Part shown: in pieces, positions 40,105 through 60,959 of the stretch | Numbering within the stretch: the first letter of the stretch is position 1 | Layout of the letters: each line of letters opens with the position of its first letter | Assembly (NCBI RefSeq): GCF_009914755.1 | Contig: NC_060929.1 | DNA: 64,000 nt | Direction: 5' to 3' (one strand) | Origin: the human T2T-CHM13v2.0 reference genome, Homo sapiens | Program-made: the position numbers and the translations under genes | The notes under the pieces: model-generated | The model's input: the letters and a program-made list of their open reading frames with translations, nothing else | The model's database searches: none | Told to the model about the DNA's origin: nothing

Positions 40105-40480
40105 TATTTCCCAGGTTATGCCTGAACAACAAACTCTGAAGTAGTTTCACCTGCAGAATATTTATTAAGGGGCACTCAAGATTAACATCTGGGAAGTAGT
40201 GAAAGAAAGCCGTAGTGGGTGGCAGAGAGAGAAAGAGATATGTAATTCAGGCTCAAGGACAGCTTTGGCTGTCCCCATGGGGAGATTTGGAGCTAGAATG
40301 GCCTTTCAGAGTTGCCCGAAGTTGAAGGAAATGGCCAGGTCTTTATACTCTTGCTTCAAAATGTCTTGGATGGGAGCCACTGGGAAAGAAGTGTGACCTT
40401 TCATGAGGAATCTCTCTGCCTCTGGACACTCCCGAGAAGCTGACACTTGAATCCATCTGCCAATAACATTGATATAGCCA
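40105..40480 (-). mobile_element. LTR16A (ERVL) LTR
   Basis: ccccatggggagatttggagctagaatggcctttcagagttgcccg...ggccaggtctttatac...ttggatg...tgtgacctt. Confidence 0.8.
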
Positions 40481-40724
40481 AGTATAATTTTATTGAACTG
40501 ATTATGCTCACTGGAGAAGGGTGAAGTGTTTTAGTATGTCTATGGCTCAGCATTCTTTATTGTTTTTCATAAGAGATTCGACTTTGTCCATCTGCCTTTT
40601 TTTCCATTTACCACCACGTCTCCAAAGAGCAACTCACGTTACAACTTACATTCATCCCCTGAAGCACGTCTTCCTCCTATGAACTCATGAATTTCAAGTT
40701 TCTTTCTTTGAATTCCCCCAGAAG

Positions 40725-41135
40725 CTAGTTATTTTGGCTTGGATTCTCCAGAAAATATATATATGCACACACACGCGAGCACGCCCGCATACACGTATTC
40801 CCAAGGAAATTGGCAAGGAAGTTTAGAAAGCAGGACGGGAATAAAAAGGAAGCCAAGCAAACTTGTGATAACTGGCAAAGTCCCATGATACTCAGAAACG
40901 TCCTCATCATCAGCGGCAGGGCTGGGCTGGCACACTCCACAGTCTTCAATTCTTGGTGAAGGGCCACCTGTAGTTCTGTGTGCCCGCAAGCAAAGAGGGA
41001 TCCAGAAGTCTGAGAGAGTCTCTGGCAAAGCATCTATAAAGATGTTGGCTGTTGGATGGAGTGAGATAGGGGTAGGAGCACATAAAAATGCCATCAGAAG
41101 GAAGCTAAGAGGATCTGGGAGGAGTGCTGCCATTA
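40725..41135 (-). mobile_element. ERVL LTR remnant (LTR16/LTR33-like)
   Basis: ttggattctccagaa...aaggaagccaagcaa...gcaaagtccca...ttggtgaagggcc. Confidence 0.5.
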
Positions 41136-41278
41136 TCCAATGACATTATTCACTAAGCTCAGCCAAGTCTGAGAACTGTTCTCAGATTTTCTGTACTCAT
41201 TCTGGGATTTTCAATGTTTTGGGGTGACTGTGTTTTTTCTCTCGAAGGTGTCTCTCCCTTTTTGTGTTTTCTACAAAG

Positions 41279-41709
41279 TGCCTTAGTCCATTTTCTGTTG
41301 CTTGTAACAGAATATCAAAAACAGGGCAATTTATGAAGAAAAGAAGTTTATTTCTTACAGTTATGGAAGCAGAGAAATACAAGAGTGAGAGGAAGCATCT
41401 GGTGAGAGCATTCTTGCTGGGGAAAACTGTCTTCAGAGTCCTGGAGCAGCACAGGACATCCCGTGGCCAGGGGTCTGAGCATCTCATGTGTCAGCTCAGG
41501 TCTCCTTTTGTCTTCTTATAAAGCCACTAGTTTCACTCCAGTAATAACCCATTAATTCACTAACCCATTAATCCATGAATGAATTAATCTATTCATGAGG
41601 GCAGAGCCCTCATGACCCAATCACCTCTTAAAGGCCCCACCTCTCAATTCTGCTATATTGGGGATTGAATTTCAACATGAATTTTGGAAGGGACATTCAA
41701 ACCATGCCA
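41279..41709 (-). mobile_element. MST solo LTR (MSTB2/MSTC-like)
   Basis: tgccttagtccattttctgttgc...catgagggcagagccctcatgacccaatcacctcttaaaggccccacc...aaaccatgcca. Confidence 0.88.
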
Positions 41710-42543
41710 GGTTTGAATGAACTCCTACAACGGCTCTGCTGGATTAGTGTGTTTGATCCTTATTTACACATTATTAGAAGTTTGAATCTTCTCTGTCTCT
41801 TAGCTGTGGTATTTACCTTGATTAAATATGCCTTTTTGTTTTGCTTTGTTTTGTTAGGTGAGTGAATTTATAAAAGATAATCCGTATAAGTGTTTGGAGT
41901 TTGAAAGGAAAGACGTGGATTTAGGCTATTATCAGTATTTTAGAAGATTTGGGGAATTGTTTTCTTAGTGTCTTCATATAATAGTTATTATTTCTTACAT
42001 AAATTTACTGCTTTATGTAATATGCAAACATTTAAAATTCATTATTTTCTTCAATACATATGAGCAAATTTTTATATTTTTATTAATCCTACATTTTTGA
42101 AATAAGGAACTTGTGGATCAATAAGCTTAAATTATTTGCTCTAGGAAGTATGAGTGAAACTCAATAATTCAGGATTTATTACCTAAGGGGTTATAGTAAT
42201 CTACCACTGAGTTAAAACCTATGTAGGCAAACTCATATGTCATGAATCTAGAAGTTTAGCATTCTTATTAATGGCTCTAGTTTAAGCAAACATGTGAAAA
42301 CCTCCAGTTAGTTTGAAACGGACATCAATAAATTCATCAATTCAAGCATTTATTGAATTTTTTATTAATTATAGTTTTTTATATTTCTAAATTTCTCAAG
42401 GATTTTTCTAGCCTTACATACTTCCAAAGTTTTACTAAAAATACTGCTATATATTTAGCTTAATTTTGAAACATCATTGGAGCTCTGGTTACATCATTTC
42501 TTCCTACATGGTCCTTGGATTTACCCTTGTAAGAATACCTTAG

Positions 42544-42830
42544 GGCCAAGTGTGGTAGCTCATGCCTTTTAATCTCAGCACTTTGTAAGGTAGAGGTGGG
42601 AGAATCACTTGAGGCCAGAAGTTCAGGACTAGTCTGGGCAACATAGTGAGACCCCATCTCTAAAAAAAAAAAAAAAAAAAAAAAAAATTAGCTGGGTGTG
42701 GTCACGCACACCTGTGGTCTCTCAGGCGGCTGAGGCAGGAGGATCACTTGAGCCTGGGAGGTCAAGGCTGCAGTGAGCTGTGATCATGAGACTGCACTCC
42801 CACCTGGGCAATAGAGAAAGACCCTATCTT
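42544..42830 (+). mobile_element. AluJ with an A26 linker and no 3' A-tail
   Basis: J diagnostics ggaggatcacttgagcctgggaggtcaaggctgc; A-run at 42662-42687. Confidence 0.9.
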
Positions 42831-44477
42831 GAATATATATTAGTTTCATGAAGTATTTATAAGATTATTTCGCTTAAATAGAATCCATTATGTAACCAGT
42901 CTTTGAAATTGTTAGCATTAATAATCAAACTCGATATGTTATTATATTTTTGTATCATATGTTCTTATGATTTTTCCAGTAACCAAAAGATTTTAGTCCT
43001 CCCAATAAATCCATTATTTTAATGCAGCCAACATTTTTCTTATTGTAGACAAAAATTGAACTCAGCTTTAAATATAATCTTAGCTCTATTGAAGTTGGCA
43101 GATCCTCTGCTGGTTTCTAAAATTTAAAGGCCACATTTTGGGGGGGGGTTAAATTTTCTGCTATAGATTTCAATAGGGTGGGTTTTATAAAAATGTAGGA
43201 CAAAGCAATAATTATCTTGTTATATTCATTTTCCCTTTCCATTGAGTCTTCTCTCAGGTATTATAATTCCTACCACAGTTTTCTGGGATTGCTTCATTTC
43301 ACAGATCCTTGATGAATCCCTGCTAAACTGTCAGGTGCTAACCACCAATAAAGACTTAAGTTATGCTCTCTCCGAAGTATGTGCAAAATAGGCAAATCCT
43401 AATGACTGAAAATTTTGAAAGCTCAAAGACCTAAATCATCATTATGAAGACTCCACGCTAGTAAAACTTTTCTTATGAAATGATGAATGCAAAAGGAGTG
43501 TTTTTATAGTACCATTGTAGTATCAAAAGTGTGAATGTCTGCAGAGCAGAGACACTGAGTTACATTTCTGCATAAACCTGGGACTAATACAAGCCGGACT
43601 GGGTTGTTGAATAATTTATTGGATAAATAACTTCATTAATACATCCAGATTCTTTATTGAGTGAGCCCTGTCTTCCAATATTTCACGGGAAACTGATTTT
43701 TCTTCTGTTTTAATCAGTTTCAATAATATTAATGAGATCTAAAATCTGCCAATATTTCAAGTGGAGTTAAACATAAATTAATAGTAATGACTCCATTTTC
43801 ATTTTATTCATTTATTAATGATCCTTTCAATCACATTTTTGAAAGGATTTTTTCTCTAATACCATATGGCTTAAACATCTGCAATTAACCATTTTATTAT
43901 ATCAAATGCACAGTGTGAAGTGAATATACTAACCAAATCTAAATGCAACTATTCAGGGGGGAAATGTATTATTTACAAATGTTTTAAGCAAATTTCCTCG
44001 AATATTATGCAAAGTATTCTGTTCAATTCAAAAACCTTCAGTTCTCTTTGACTTTTTAAATATGTATTGATATTTTCAAGATTCTAGAAATATGGTTTAG
44101 TTTTCCATCTCAAATCTCCATATATCTGAAAGAAAATTAATTTTATTTGTTGGGTATACATATAGCTGTTTCAACAAATATATTTTCATTTATTTAAGAA
44201 AATTAAATTCAATGGAATAATCTTATTTAATTTTTAGTCTTCTGGATTGATTTCAATTTCATCCATTATTTATTCCTAAGTCTTGGTCCTTCTGCTTCTG
44301 TGGCAATAACATTAAAATTCTTTAAAATATTAAATAGCAATCTAAGCTATTATGAGGAATTCAGCATATTGCATAAGAGACAGTTCCTAGAATTAGATCA
44401 TTCTGCCATCAACAATCATCGCCAGGTGAACATTGGGATAAATCAAGTGACAGAGATCCAAAGCTTATGGTGTAAGT

Positions 44478-45325
44478 CTATTGTTCTTGAACATCTGATG
44501 TCTGTGTACATTCGAATCACCTGGAGTGCTTTTCTTTTTTTTTTTTTCTCATCATCCAAATGTATTTTATTTTATTTTATTTTATTTTTTTTTTATTATA
44601 CTCTAAGTTTTAGGGTACATGTGCACATTGTGCAGGTTAGTTACATATGTATACATGTGCCATGCTGGTGCGCTGCACCCACTAATGTGTCATCTAGCAT
44701 TAGTTATATCTCCCAATGCTATCCCTCCCCCCTCCCCCGACCCCACCACAGTCCCCAGAGTGTGATATTCCCCTTCCTGTGTCCATGTGATCTCATTGTT
44801 CAATTCCCACCTATGAGTGAGAATATGCGGTGTTTGGTTTTTTGTTCTTGCGATAGTTTACTGAGAATGATGGTTTCCAATTTCATCCATGTCCCTACAA
44901 AGGATATGAACTCATCATTTTTTATGGCTGCATAGTATTCCATGGTGTATATGTGCCACATTTTCTTAATCCAGTCTATCATTGTTGGACATTTGGGTTG
45001 GTTCCAAGTCTTTGCTATTGTGAATAGTGCCGCAATAAACATACGTGTGCATGTGTCTTTATAGCAGCATGATTTATACTCATTTGGGTATATACCCAGT
45101 AATGGGATGGCTGGGTCAAATGGTATTTCTAGTTCTAGATCCCTGAGGAATCGCCACACTGACTTCCACAATGGTTCAAAAGTACTTTTCACAGATGACA
45201 GCCTCAACTCCAGAGCTTCTGACTTGGTAGGTTTTGGTTGGAACTCAAAGCTTTATATTTATAGTATGTTTCCAGGTGTTGCTGCTGACGCCACCAGTCC
45301 AGGGACCACACCATGGGTAAAAACT
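44478..45325. mobile_element. MER5A (hAT-Charlie), split by L1HS
   Basis: Left part ...gaatcacctggagtgctt; right part cacagat...ccagagcttctgacttggtagg...tccaggtg...tccagggaccacac. Confidence 0.8.
44535..45176 (-). mobile_element. L1HS Ta-1, 5'-truncated, with a short 3' transduction
   Basis: Ta ACA at 44688-44686 (gatgacACAttagt) and G at 44603 (cttaGagtata); Ta-1 T..G at 45082 and 45079 (cccaaaTgaGtata, YPNEY); ORF2 C-terminus ...FSLIGGN* intact. Confidence 0.95.
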
Positions 45326-47613
45326 CTAAATCCAGGTGCTCTAAATAAGCCCCCTTTTCACCTTTGCAGTAATTATTTGAAGGGGGCAAAGGGAGACTTT
45401 GGAACTCTGTGCTCCTGGCAAGTGTCCACTGCACACTCTTCACCAGTCAGTCATACGCTTACTATCTCGTCTGCCACAGAGAGACCACGAAGATTAGTCA
45501 CATGAGTGTCACAATGATAAGGATGGCTCAGGACTCCAGGTCACCTGTTATTTCTTGCATTCCAGTTCCCCTGCACCTCTACGCTTTCCTGTTTCACTTT
45601 CCTTATTCTATCTTTCCCTAATTTCTGAAACCTTTCAAATGCATCCCCCGGAACCGAACTTTGAACATCAGAAAAGTACCCTCGGTTCTCAAGGGCTCCA
45701 CTTTTACTTTTTGCTTTAACTAAAATTGGGCTTTTCGCTGAAGCCATTGGTTTCTCTGTAGTGCCTTCAAGTAATATCTGTTTTTTCTCCCATACCTCCC
45801 ACTATGTGGCCTGGAGGTGGAATAGCTACCTTAGTTTCTCTTCATTGCCATTTCCAAATTATTTTGCCCTCCTTTTTCCTTAATTCCATTTCCACTTGTT
45901 TATGACACTGACATTACATTTTGTATATGGAAAACATTTGATGTGGCTTTTCTGTTGAGCCAGCGTAAGAATCAGGATGTGAAGGACTATGTAAAAACTT
46001 AAAAAAATAGATCATTATAACCTGTGTCACATCCAGAGTACTTCATACGAAGTGTGTTTGCATGTGAGCACACACACCCCTCTCTGGGTATGGGTATATG
46101 CCTGTGTGTGTACATATGGGTGGACATGGTGACAGTGATTATTTATCTCCAGTGACACAGAACATTATCCACAAAGTTTCTTGCCACCCAGTTTTTCTTT
46201 CCACAATGCCAAATCAATAGCCCAGTTTTACTTGTTTATTTATCGTGAAGTTGAAATATCTGTGTATCTGCACGTTTCCTATTCAGTTCCGGATACCTAG
46301 TCACTATTGTCAGTGGAGACCTTTTATGTTTATACACTGCTTTACCATTTAGCGTAATGCTCAGCAGATTAGGCCCACTATAAACATATAATAATTGAAT
46401 AAATACACTTCCAAAAATTCTAAAATGTTGAAAAGTTAAGATAAAGCCAGAAGAATTTTGTAACTTTTCATAGCATACTTTACATACGTGCTTTCATTTC
46501 ACCTAAATGTTTTCATTTGAAAACTAAAATTTTAAAAATATTTTTTAATTTAATTTTACAAATCCATGAAGTTATTGAAAGATGTTTAAGATACCTGGAA
46601 TGTAGGATCAACTTTTTGGGACTTTCGGCTATTAATCTCATTCGATATATACTTGATACCATTTTCAGAATAAAACCAATCAGGCAAATGGAAGATATGT
46701 GTTATTCTATGTGGAATTTACAATATTCTTATAATTCCAAGGGATATGTAAACCAAATTGTTTAAGCTCTGTATTTATTGGCAGATATTTATATCTCATT
46801 GCTTCCGGAAAAATGTTTTTGCATTCTCTAGGAAATACCTCATATAGCATATTAAAGTACCATATTTAAATATACTCTCAAATTTATAGGATTTTTCTTA
46901 CCAATCATGTATAATTATTTTCATACATTTTTCAATTAATGGGTAATAGATTTGTTCCTATAATTATGCCTATCTCATGGCAATAGCTGTTTGATCTGTA
47001 TTCTGTTTTGCAGGTGTTTTATTGACAAACACTTTAAAATAGCTTCATCAAATATAAATTACAGTGATTAATTTAATGCAGCATCCAGAGTGAAATAGGA
47101 ATTAGCATTTACATTAAAAAAAATTGTTGTAATTGAACACAAGGACAAAGTGGTTTCCTTGGCAACAAGAGATAGTAAAAATTTATTTGTGAATTTAAAA
47201 TTATATTACCTCATAATTTGATGCACATTCTCATTGTTTTAGTTTTATTATAGGGAAATTCTTTTGTAATAAACAAAATAGATAAAATAACTCTGTCTTT
47301 ATAAAAGAAAAAATGTTAAATTTACCCAGATCCAGAGACCACAAAAGAAATGTTGTTAAGCACAATAGGCTTGGTTCAATTTAAATAAAAACAGTCATAA
47401 AAATATTAACTGACTATTTTTGAAAGCACTCAACAGTTTTATATGAATAAGTATGTAATCAAATGAACCTGAGATTAAGATTATTTAAATTTGTTGGTCT
47501 CCAGACACATGCTAGATGGAGGTTCTTTCACCAAAGAAAAAATAAGACAATGAACTTTAATTATTTTGATTATCAGTTATCATTATTAACTTTCATTGGA
47601 AAATAATATTACT

Positions 47614-48432
<819 letters not shown>

Positions 48433-48835
48433 TTAATAATAAGGATTTCAATTTCAAGTAACTGAAGCACAAACTCAAAGTGACTTGAATAGAAGGGATA
48501 CTTACTATCTCTCATAAAAGTGAATCCAACATGACCCCGGTATTGGTATAACCAGATTCTTTCTTTCCTCCAAGGCTTGGATTTTTTTTGACTTCATCTT
48601 CAGACTTATGACAAGATAGCTAAAGCATTTTGAGGCTTCACAATCCAGAAGCAGAAGAAAAAGACTGTTTTTTTGTTCTTTGTTTTTCCTATATCTCTTT
48701 CTTAGGATTAAGAAATACTTTCCACTATCAGACTTCCTCCCACATCTCAATGGCCAGAATCAGGTCACATGCTGATTTCTGCTCAACACTGTCAAGAAGA
48801 ATGACAAAACTCTGCATGGCTTAGACTGATCATCT
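48433..48835 (-). mobile_element. Old MaLR LTR (MLT1J/K-like)
   Basis: caagtaactgaagcacaaactcaaagtgactt; cagacttcctcccacatctcaatggccagaatcaggtcacatg. Confidence 0.65.
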
Positions 48836-48989
48836 GATGAGTAATAGGTATTTTGGAGTCATCCACAATGTCTTCCATAATCAATTATATTTTAATTTAC
48901 ACCTTCATACTTTTTGGTGGTACACCTATTTGCAGCTCTTGCTGTTGATCTAAAATAAATGCTGATAACTCATAGACACGAGTTGCAAA

Positions 48990-49965
48990 TCTTGGACTTT
49001 CTTCTGTCTGCTAAGCATTTTTACCTGAATCTAACATACTTTCTGAAATTCAACATTTTGAAATAAGCTCTTAGTCTTCCTCTTTAATCTAGTATGACTT
49101 TTTGTTAGTGGGTAGGATCACTATCCTCTCAGTTACTTGACAGAGAAAGTTTAGAGTCAACCCAGACAACATATATTCTCACACACCTATACCTAACCAT
49201 TTACTAAATCTAGTTGATTTTGCCCCAAACTATTGAGTCAGTCTTCTCCTCTCTATTCCCATTACTGCTTTCCTGGTCTAGACCATTTCATTCTAAATGC
49301 TGAAGAGGCATGGTATTTTCAAATGCCTCCCACCTCTGAGGCATACTGAGGCATATATATATATATATATGTGTATATATATATATATATGTGTATATAT
49401 ATATGTGTATATATATGTGTATATATGTGTATATATATATATATAACAAGAGGCTGTAAATAATATATACACACATATATAATGTATATAAACATAAAAT
49501 GCATGTGCACACAAATATGTGCATGTGTGTATTTTATGTGTATATATAACATGTGTGTATACATATATTCTTTGCAGCCTCTTATGTCATTACTGACTCT
49601 CATATAAAATAGTGCTTGAAACATATAAACTACTACTACTAATTCCTTAAGCGTAATTTGTGTCAGCTCTGGCTTCTTCTTATGTTAAGTTTCAGCTTAC
49701 ATGAAAATTCCCTTCTCTGGAATTGTCAATGTTCTTATTAGTAAATTTTATTTACACAATCCAAATAGATAATAGATAAGCTTCAGGTCACTTGCTAAAT
49801 CTTCCTAGATTCTTTGCCTTGCTCCTCAGAGAATAAAGAACTACTATTTCTCTTTGTTATCTGTACATTTCTACTTCATCTAGTAGGCTGTGGCAAACCT
49901 GAGGGCAGAAACGAACATTCAACTTTGCATCTCAGAGGCTAACATAGCGTCTGCCACATGCATAT
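48990..49965 (+). mobile_element. L2 fragments interrupted by a microsatellite
   Basis: cactatcctctcagttac...tagagtca...ttactaaatctagttgatt; end cctgagggcagaaac...taacatag. Confidence 0.55.
49353..49445. repeat. Compound (TA)n/(TATATATGTG)n microsatellite
   Basis: Direct reading; degenerate TA/TG continues to about 49570. Confidence 0.9.
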
Positions 49966-49966
49966 G

Positions 49967-55925
<5,959 letters not shown>

Positions 55926-55959
55926 CAATGTGCTTGTACCGTAGACTTTTAAAGTCATT

Positions 55960-57700
55960 TCAGAGTAGCCATTTAGTATCTCTCCAAGGTTTTACTATTG
56001 CAAACAACAACATAGGGAATGTGGCTGTACAGGTCTCTGTGCACATTGCAAGTAGTTGCTTTGGATATATGCCTAGAAGATTTGCTAAATCAAATGACAC
56101 ATATACTCAACTTTTGCTAGAGATGTGACATTGCCAACCAGAAGAAATTCAGTATCAACTTAAGCCTTTTGCCAACAATGTATGAAATTATGCACTTTCC
56201 ATCACCATGTTCCATAATGAATTTTATCACATTAAAAAATTTTGAAAGAAAAATGATGAAAGAAAATTATATACCATATTTTCTTGAAATGCACACTTTC
56301 TTTATAAATACTGAGGTTGAATATCTTTTTATACACGTATTGGCCATAAACACATCTTGTGTATTTAATCTGTAAATTTGTTTTCATATTCCTTGCTTGT
56401 TGTTTTTACTTATCATTAATTAATTACTTAAAATTTTAGGCAATTAAAATACCAAAAAAGAGGTAAAAATCAACCCAAATCCCACAAGGAAAGATAAAAT
56501 GATTTTCATCTTGATTTTAAATGTCATTTTTATGCAATTGCATAAATTAAAAAGGATCTTATTATGCATGTAATTTTTCAAGAGCCTTTTATTTTATTCA
56601 AACGTAAGATGTGGTCCTTTATTATATGAATTACCATATAAAATTCAACTATTTTAAAATGGTAAACTATTCACCCTTTGTATGGATGTACTTAATTTCT
56701 TTAACGAATGTCCTATGGATGAACATTTCAAATGTCGACATTTATTTGATAATATGGGCAGCATTTCATTGACAATCCTTAAGTGTGTGTGTATTTGTGT
56801 GTATACAAGCACACACACACACCCTTTCTACATTATCATCTTAGGATATGTTCACTGACCAGAAGCAGCTGAAGCAAATGATATGCACATTTTTAAATCG
56901 GCATATATTATAGAACTGCCTTTTATAAAGCTTGCAAAAATTTTCAAATTACTACAGAACTGGTTTTCACGTCGAAATAAAAAATTTCCAAACTACAGAG
57001 TTACTTTTTCTCATTCAATGATCAGTTACAAAGCTAAAGTATTTCATTATTGCTTTTGCTTGAACTGATTTGTTAATGTAGTTAATATATGTTGAATATT
57101 TATTGGACAATTGAGTTATATTTATTTCTTTATGAGTTATTTATTCATGTTCTTTGGCTACATTTCTCTTTAGAATTGATCTTTTTAATACATATTTATG
57201 AGAGTGCTTAAAATTTTACCAGTGATAAGACTGGATAGATATTTCTCAGTTTATCATTTTTAAAACATATTTGCACCATATAGAATTTGGAATATTTACA
57301 TATTTTCATCTAGAGTAGCATTACTAATAGGTCCAATTAGTATTTTCATTACTTGGACAACTAATTTTTCTGGCTCAGCATTTTAAAATTAAATAGCAAT
57401 TATTTGTTGCTATATTTCCAGATTAATTACATCTATAGGTCTTGCACTAGTACACTATTATTTAATTAAATTTATTGTAATGCATTTTGAGAACTGGGTA
57501 AAAACCTTTATTAGTGTTTCAGACTTATTTTTATTAGTCTATATTTTATCTCTACTTTTGTCTTCTTATATTAGTCTTTATTAGCCATATTATTTAATGA
57601 AATTTATTAAAATGTATTTTGATAAATGGATAAATATCTCCCTATATTAGTCATTGTTTTAGAAATTTGAGGCTATTTTATATATTTTGCTTTCAAAGAT
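55960..57700 (-). mobile_element. Ancient L1ME 3'-end fragments (at least two)
   Basis: ggatatatgcctagaag; tgaggttgaatatcttttt; cctatggatgaacattt. Confidence 0.6.
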
Positions 57701-57721
57701 GAATGTTAAAATCATTTATGA

Positions 57722-58719
57722 TTGAAAAATGGACAAAGGATCTGAACAGACATTTCTGAAAAGAAGACAGGCAAATGGCCAATACATATATGAAAAAATG
57801 CTCAACATCACTAATCATCAGGGAGCTGCAAGTCAAAGCCACAATTGAGTATCATCTCACTCCAGTTAGGATGGTTATTATGAGAAGCAAAAAATATTAT
57901 CAGAAGCAAATGGTAGTGAGAATACGGAGAAAAGGGAACTCATATGCTTTCAGTGGGAATGTAAAGTAGTATGGGCACTTTGGAGAACAGTATGGACATT
58001 CCTCAGAAAACTACAGATAGAATTACCATATGGGTCCAGCAATCCCACTCCTGGGCATTCATCCAAAGGAAAGGAAATTAGTGCATCTAAGAGGCATCTG
58101 CACCCCCATGTTTATTGGAGCACTATTCACAGTAGCCAAGATATGGAAATGAACCTAGGTATCCAACAGCAGATGAGTGGGTAAAGAAAATGTGGTATAT
58201 GTACACAATGGAGTACTGTTCAGCCATAAAAAGTAATGAAATCCTGTCATTTGTGGCAACATGGATGGAACTGGAGGATGTTATGTTAAGTGAAATAAGC
58301 CAGGAACAGAAAGTTAAACACTACATGTTCTCACTCAGATGTGAAAGCTCAAACAAGTTGATCTCATAGAAGTGAAAAGTACAGCAGAGGATACGAGGGG
58401 CTGGGAAGGGTAGGGGGAAGGGAGAGGATAGGGGGAGATTTGTTAAAGGATACAAAATTACAACGAGATGGAAGGAATAAGTTCCAGTGTTCTATACCAC
58501 TGTTGGATGAGTACAGTTAACAATAATTTATTGTTTTAAATAGCTAGAAGGAGGATATTTAATGTTCCTAACACAAACAAATGACAAATGGTTGAGATGG
58601 TGGATATGCTAATTATCCTGATCTAATCACTATACACTATATGTATGGAAGCATCACCATGTACCCTACAAATATGTACAATTATTATGTGTCAATTTAA
58701 AAAAATAAAATTAAAAAAA
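57722..58719 (+). mobile_element. L1MA5-type 3' end (about 1 kb)
   Basis: [12 protein letters not shown]; gatctcatagaagt...gatttgttaaaggatacaaaattaca...attattatgtgtcaatt plus A-tail. Confidence 0.88.
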
Positions 58720-58784
58720 CGTATTTGTAAAGTAATCAAGCAAATCTAAAACTCATGAAAGCATTTTAATGTAGAAAAGTATTA

Positions 58785-60330
<1,546 letters not shown>

Positions 60331-60450
60331 TGTGATTGGTAGATCTTAGATGACCCCTAAGTGTTCTCACATTTTCACGTAAATGCTCTTGCGTAAACTC
60401 CTACTCTTGAATAACTTCCTTCTAATCAATAGAATACGGCAATGGGGAAG
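60331..60450 (+). mobile_element. MLT1E/F-like LTR 5' fragment
   Basis: agatgacccc...cttctaatcaatagaatacggcaa. Confidence 0.5.
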
Positions 60451-60500
60451 CAATACAACTTTCAAGTTGTGAGGAGAAGGGCTTATACCATTGTAGTCTT

Positions 60501-60956
60501 TGTATTAGTTGCCTAGGGCTGCCATAACAAATGATCACAAACTAGGTCATTTGAAATAACAGGAATGTATGTTCTCACGGTTCTGGAGGCGAGAAGCCTA
60601 AAATCCCAGTGTCGCAGGGCCCCGCACCCCCTGAAGGCCCTAGGGGAGAAACCTTCCTTGCCTCTCCCAGCTTCGGTGGTTGCTGGTCACTCTTGATGCC
60701 CCCTGGCTTACAGCAGCATCATCCAATCCTGGTGTCTGCCATCATATGATGTTCCCCCTTTTGGGGATGTGTATATGGCTAAATTTTCCTCTACTTATAA
60801 GAACACCATTTTTTGAATTTAGAGTCTACTCTAATTCAGTGTGACCTCATCTTAACTGACAACAAAGACCCTGCCAGGACCCTATTTGTGAGTAAAGATC
60901 CAACTCACAGGTTCCAGTTGAATGTGAATTTTGCTAGGATTCTATTCAGCCTGTTA
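60501..60956 (-). mobile_element. MLT1C LTR
   Basis: tgtattagttgcctagggctgccataacaaa...ttctggaggc...tgacctcatcttaact. Confidence 0.85.
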
Positions 60957-60959
60957 GAA

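Noticed and set aside
40725-41133. Overlapping 134-aa and 102-aa minus-strand ORFs, one with a signal-peptide-like start
   Set aside because: They lie within an ERVL LTR-like remnant and an AC/AT-rich tract; no recognisable domain.
44300-44935. Longest ORF in the track (211 aa)
   Set aside because: Non-ATG start; chance read-through of unique DNA, MER5A, T-tracts and antisense L1 3'UTR.
49288-49624. Tyr/Ile/His-rich ORFs
   Set aside because: Translations of the (TA)n/(TG)n microsatellite.
58397-58436. G-quadruplex motif (also near 6976-7008 and 44723-44744)
   Set aside because: Standard G-rich tract of L1 3'UTRs.
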